Below are positions 36,967 to 40,831 of a stretch of DNA of 40,831 nt, in pieces. Numbering within the stretch: the stretch's first letter is position 1; every line of letters begins with the position of its first letter. The notes under the pieces were generated by a model. The model had not been told where the DNA came from and did not search any database. It was given only the letters and a program-made list of their open reading frames with translations. Location of the stretch: positions 1-40,831 of the forward strand of contig JAPDJI010000029.1 of the NCBI GenBank assembly GCA_029259155.1. Direction: 5' to 3'. The stretch comes from Candidatus Methanomethylicia archaeon (GTDB lineage: Archaea > Thermoproteota > Methanomethylicia > Nezhaarchaeales > B40-G2). Both the position numbers and the translations under genes were made by a program.

Positions 36967-37392
36967 ATGTCCAAGAGGCCTGTGCTGACAGTGGATATTG
37001 TCGTGAAGGTGAAGGGTGGCCATGTTTTCATTAAGCGGGGCAACGAGCCCTTTAAGGGGTACTGGGCAATCCCTGGAGGCCTCGTGGAGTACGGTGAAAG
37101 CGTTGAGCAAGCAGCAGTGAGAGAAGCTAAGGAGGAGACAGGGCTAGATGTGAGGTTAATAGGTCTCGTAGGCGTCTATTCAGAACCAGGTAGAGACCCT
37201 AGAGGCCACTATGTATCCATCGCTTTCCTAGCTGAGGCGATCGGAGGGGAGCTTAAAGCCTCCACAGATGCTAAGGAGGTAGCGGTGTTTCGTGTCAAGC
37301 CTGAGAGATTAGCGTTCGACCACGACAAGATCTTTGAAGACGCGTTAAAGCTTGAAGCTAAACTTAGGAACGAGGCTGTTGAGAAGGCTTAG
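36967..37392 (+). CDS. NUDIX hydrolase (ADP-ribose pyrophosphatase-like)
   Basis: PGGLVEYGESVEQAAVREAKEETGL, RDPRGH, LAFDH. Confidence 0.92.
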   Translation: MSKRPVLTVDIVVKVKGGHVFIKRGNEPFKGYWAIPGGLVEYGESVEQAAVREAKEETGLDVRLIGLVGVYSEPGRDPRGHYVSIAFLAEAIGGELKASTDAKEVAVFRVKPERLAFDHDKIFEDALKLEAKLRNEAVEKA

Positions 37393-37891
37393 GAGCTATG
37401 AAGCTATTGCCATACGGGTCATCGATTATTAAGGTGAAGGGAAACTCTCCTTGAAGAGCCCTCTCGATCTTATGTAACACCTCTCTGGCTCTCTCAGCCT
37501 CTTCAGGGCTCTCGCTATCTCTCAGCAACTGTTCTACTATCCTCTTCACTCTATGCAGCACGCCTTCCACATTAGAGATGAAGCCCTCCGCTATCGGCCC
37601 TGGCTTAACCTCTATGCCGAGCTCAGGTATCTGGATGGTTGCTGTCGAGGATCTAACCACCCTCACATTAAGGTCTTCAGGCCCCTCAACCTTCAATTCA
37701 TAGCGAGCTGGAGGCTTAAACTCCAGGTTGGCTACATCGCTCTTCCTATATCCACACCTTGAACATCTCATGGAGGAGAGTATCACCTTGCCAAAGAAGG
37801 GGATCTCATGTAAAACCTCCACTACCTCAAGTTCATTGGAGCCGCAGTAAGGACATTCAAGCCTATATCTATGCACTTCGTCTAGGCTCAA
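37364..37891 (-). CDS. ZPR1 zinc finger domain protein
   Basis: CPYCG...IPFFG..CSRCGYR, VVRSS...IPELG..PGP..EGFISNVEG, DPYGNS. Confidence 0.92.
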   Translation of the reverse strand: MSLDEVHRYRLECPYCGSNELEVVEVLHEIPFFGKVILSSMRCSRCGYRKSDVANLEFKPPARYELKVEGPEDLNVRVVRSSTATIQIPELGIEVKPGPIAEGFISNVEGVLHRVKRIVEQLLRDSESPEEAERAREVLHKIERALQGEFPFTLIIDDPYGNSFIAPKPSQQPRS

Positions 37892-37892
37892 G

Positions 37893-38048
37893 CTACTCTA
37901 CCTCCAAGAAGCCGCAGCTAGGGCAAATCCATCCTTTAAACCCTCTCCCACACCCTTCAGGCATCACTAATAGTCCCGCACAGAAACTTAGCTCACAGGG
38001 CTCCATATCCCCGCCGCATTTAGGGCATTTCTTAGAAGCCCCCTGCAT
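37893..38048 (-). CDS. Small (51 aa) zinc-ribbon protein, not in ORF track
   Basis: MQGASKKCPKCGGDME...GWICPSCGFLEVE*. Fills the gap between ssb and ZPR1 on the same strand. Confidence 0.75.
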   Translation of the reverse strand: MQGASKKCPKCGGDMEPCELSFCAGLLVMPEGCGRGFKGWICPSCGFLEVE

Positions 38049-38063
38049 GTGGGGCTAGCCCCG

Positions 38064-38348
38064 TTACGCTTTGACTATTCTGCCATATTTCCCAACATTA
38101 ACCTGTACGTCACCTCTAAACTGAGTAGTGTAGCCGTTTTCAATGCTTATCCTATCTCCAGGAGAAACGAGGCTTATTTGCTCGTTCCAGAGGCTCATCT
38201 TGACTTCGCCTGTATCGTCCTTTACGAGAGCGTCAGCCACCTTAGCCACTCCGTACCTTGTCCTCACAATACGAGGCTCAGAGACCTCAACCACAACGAC
38301 CTTGAGGTCGACCTTACTCATCCCAGGTTTAAGTTCAGCCACCTTCAT
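38064..38348 (-). CDS. ssb: Single OB-fold ssDNA-binding protein (crenarchaeal SSB-like)
   Basis: KV.ELKPGM..V, VADA.V.DDTG.V.MSLWNEQ, IENGYTT.FRG.VQ.NVGKYG. Confidence 0.85.
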   Translation of the reverse strand: MKVAELKPGMSKVDLKVVVVEVSEPRIVRTRYGVAKVADALVKDDTGEVKMSLWNEQISLVSPGDRISIENGYTTQFRGDVQVNVGKYGRIVKA

Positions 38349-38574
38349 CTAAGGCACTTCCAAGCCAAGGCCTAACGTCTACGAGCAGTTAATAAAACTT
38401 GCGTTAACCTACTTCGCCTAGGTATGCCTGAGGGCCAGTTATCATAAAGAGCAATGTTGTCTGGGCCTTGGTTTGAGGTCTAGGGTTATTAAAGGAGGAG
38501 TCGTGGCCCCTCAACAGTTACGTAAAAAAGCTTAATAGACCGATGTGTTCAAGGGCTTAAAGGGGCTTTAAAAC

Positions 38575-38955
38575 TTGAAGTACAGGTTGATGGACCTCCT
38601 AGCTTGTCCTATGTGTAAGCATTTCCCGCTAGAGCTCATCGTCTTCCAAGAAAATACCTATGAAGTGCCTGAAAAAATACCTTCGAGGACCTGTGAAGAA
38701 TATTGTGGACTACTCAAGAAGTGGGTGAAGGAAGCTAAAGGGGACTGTGTACAGTGTTTCTCCAAAGAGGTGGCTGAGGGCATATTGATATGTGAAGCCT
38801 GTGGACGCTGGTACCCTATCATCGAGGAGATCCCTCATATGCTTCCGGATGATCTCCGTGAAAGCAAGGAGGATCTATCTTTCCTGGAAAGATGGAAGGA
38901 GAAAATACCTGAAAAGGTTTTGAAGGAAGGAAAGCCCTTCAACCTATCCTCTTAG
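38575..38955 (+). CDS. Trm112 family protein
   Basis: MKYRLMDLLACP.CK.FPLEL, EV.EGIL.C..CGRWYPI.EEIP.MLPD. Confidence 0.9.
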   Translation: MKYRLMDLLACPMCKHFPLELIVFQENTYEVPEKIPSRTCEEYCGLLKKWVKEAKGDCVQCFSKEVAEGILICEACGRWYPIIEEIPHMLPDDLRESKEDLSFLERWKEKIPEKVLKEGKPFNLSS

Positions 38956-39245
38956 TCAGCAAGCTGCTCAGCCTTTGATAAGCCTCCATCAACATCCAGG
39001 TCCAAGCCTTAGCTGTGCAGGATAAAGTTAGCAGAACGAGAGCTGAAGTAGAGAACATGGCTAATTGAGAGTTATGTAGGATTAGCGAGACAGCTACGAG
39101 GAACTTGTGGGTTCCATGTTTAATACCAAGTGTTGAAGGCTACGGTGGCTATGATGTATTCGCTTGGCTGTGCGCCTTGGCTTGAAGCTACCTAGCGGCC
39201 TTGGCCTTACCTGATGCCTTAGCCCACGGCCTTGAGCCTCTCACC

Positions 39246-39467
39246 TTAAGCTCGGCGCTCGTAAATCTCCGAAAACTCCTCCACCATACCCCTCCATCTT
39301 AAGCTTCCTAGCAACCCACTTAAACTTTCCCTCATAGGTCTTTCATTTGCCCTACCACAAATTAGTGGAATTTTGAGTGTTAGAGCTTGGCTTTCAAGGA
39401 TGCTACGGTCTATGTAGTGGCTTCGCGACATTAATCCATCCTCACTCAGCATACCGACTATCAGCAC
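39246..39467 (-). pseudogene. Fragment of Dph6/MJ0570-like ATP pyrophosphatase
   Basis: MLSEDG..SRSH.....LESQA..LKIPL resembles this family. The N-terminal SGGKDS motif and the C-terminus are absent. Confidence 0.55.
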
Positions 39468-39559
39468 TGTATCCGCTGTCGTAATTATTTTTATTTTCCG
39501 TCAGTCATTGGAGAGAAGCAAGCCTTGCATACGACGGGCGCTCCGAGTGACTCAGCTGC

Positions 39560-39993
39560 TTCGTAGTCGCTGTCTATCAAGTTTAGTACTCCAACAGTAA
39601 GCCTGAATACTCCTCTTAAGCACCTTCATTAGCTTATGGCCTAAGACCATGTCTGGATTTGACCTAGTGATGATTTCATCATTTGAGTTGTATAGCCGCT
39701 GATTATTGCGATCTTGCCCTATTCAACTAACGTTTTAATCTCAGGCGGGTAATCGCAATACTGTGTTACGCCGACCGCCTTATTGCTTAACCCTAGAGCG
39801 AAGAACGTTTTCTATGAGGTAAAAGATGTAATGCTCTAGACTCACTCCGAATAGTTAAGTCCTTTCAGTATCATCAATTATGGTTACAGGAAAGTTTTTG
39901 AATCATTGCTTGAGTTATAGGTGCCAACTGATTCATGCTCAAACAAGAGTAGCAGAAATGTAAGGCTCGGAGTTTTAGTAGTTTTAGTCTCAT
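39560..39993 (-). pseudogene. Degraded BtuF-like (cobalamin/Fe-siderophore) ABC substrate-binding protein
   Basis: Read across frames and stops: [43 protein letters not shown]. Confidence 0.75.
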
Positions 39994-40287
39994 TAATCGA
40001 TTATTTCCAATAAATTTTATTTATCTTTTATATAAAAGTTAGATGAGGTGAGAGGGTGAATTCTACTTCCATAAATTCCACGCCGTTCCTTTACGACTTT
40101 TTAAGAGGTTGTATTAGGTTGCCAGAGAGAATTGAGTGTGTTGTCAGCTTATATCTTTCAATACTGAAATACCGGTTAGCAAGCTACCCCTCGCCTATTC
40201 AGGCTCCTCCTCCATATCAACACTCAAGCTTTGCCTAAAAATTGAGGAGTTGAAATTTAATTGACAGGTCAATTTAGGATTAGCCAG

Positions 40288-40831
40288 ATGTGGAGTTTTA
40301 ATGATTTCGAAGCCAAAATCTTTCACCATGCATTCCGGAGAATACCAATAAAACCTTGGTAATAAGTTTCATAGAGAAAAGGTTAACTCTAAGTTCAAGG
40401 AGCGGTTTTAAGAGAGTGAGTTTTATCTGCAATAACTTTAACCCCCCAGAACTATGGGATTTCCTCCACAACCCAGAAAACATGGAGACCTATTATGGGG
40501 AGATCCTTTCACAATTAAACATTCCACGAGACGATTGCATCTGCTTATTTACGAGGGTGGACATGGACGATGTGACTCTTGCTATAGAGAAATTTGAAGA
40601 TTTCATCGTTTATGCTTATGTAACAGCAGGCGTAGATTCTAACGCTATGAGAGTCGGAGTTGATGAGGCTGGAAGTATAGAAAGAGACGGAAAATTTGAG
40701 AGGGTGAAAACGATAAATACCATCCTCATTACAAACGCATCACTTACTGAAGGGGCAATGGTTCAATCAATCATGGTAGCAACTGAGGCAAAAACTATTG
40801 CACTTCAAGATTTAGATGTCAGAAGTAGCTA
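40288..40831 (+). pseudogene. cbiZ: Adenosylcobinamide amidohydrolase CbiZ (5' frameshift; runs off window end)
   Basis: An open frame reads KTLVISF...FTRVDM..VTAGVDSNAMR...TINTILITNASLTEGAMVQSIMVATEAKT.ALQDLDVRSS. The ATG 40288 frame stops about 25 codons in, implying a frameshift near 40345 or a TTG start at 40356. Confidence 0.75.

Noticed and set aside
38956-39240. Short-chain dehydrogenase C-terminal remnant (VLYFSSRSANFI..LDVDGG, minus strand)
   Set aside because: The similarity is short and broken by stops, and cannot be supported without blastx.
39994-40287. Cobalamin riboswitch between btuF-like and cbiZ
   Set aside because: No B12-box or conserved GGGAA/GCCACTG core was visible.
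1-40831. CRISPR array, tRNA or rRNA genes
   Set aside because: No regularly spaced repeats, T-loop cloverleaf or rRNA-like tract was seen by eye. A tRNAscan/Infernal run would be needed to exclude split or intron-rich tRNAs.

Overview
Archaeal chromosomal window, probably from a Thermoproteota/TACK lineage. This is inferred from the short PINA, single-OB SSB, TFS2-like factor, TATA/BRE promoters and frequent GTG/TTG starts. It is mostly intact housekeeping genes: mscS 3' end, amrS, an SSS symporter, rnhB, alkA, PINA, hisCB, NifU-C, PMM/PGM, ilvC, ilvD, leuC-like, feoAB with DtxR, a Dol-P-Man synthase/GT cluster, hypB, TauE, Lrp, M50 and rhomboid proteases, Hsp20, PAC2, NUDIX, ZPR1, SSB and Trm112. 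Six things are not captured by the ORF track. (1) A serine recombinase converges on an AT-rich gene with a degenerate PD-(D/E)XK-like domain plus tandem wHTH, bracketed by two 22-bp near-perfect palindromes. (2) A clean box C/D sRNA lies between leuC and hypB, and its D' guide may target tRNA wobble U34. (3) A perfect 20-bp DtxR-type operator sits between the feo genes and DtxR. (4) A KaiC/ACT-V4R signalling set has decayed selectively at three loci, and a cobalamin salvage locus at the right end is also decayed. (5) hisB needs a CTG start. (6) There are several small unannotated ORFs. No CRISPR array, tRNA or rRNA was recognised. All calls are by eye from motifs, and no database searches were run.
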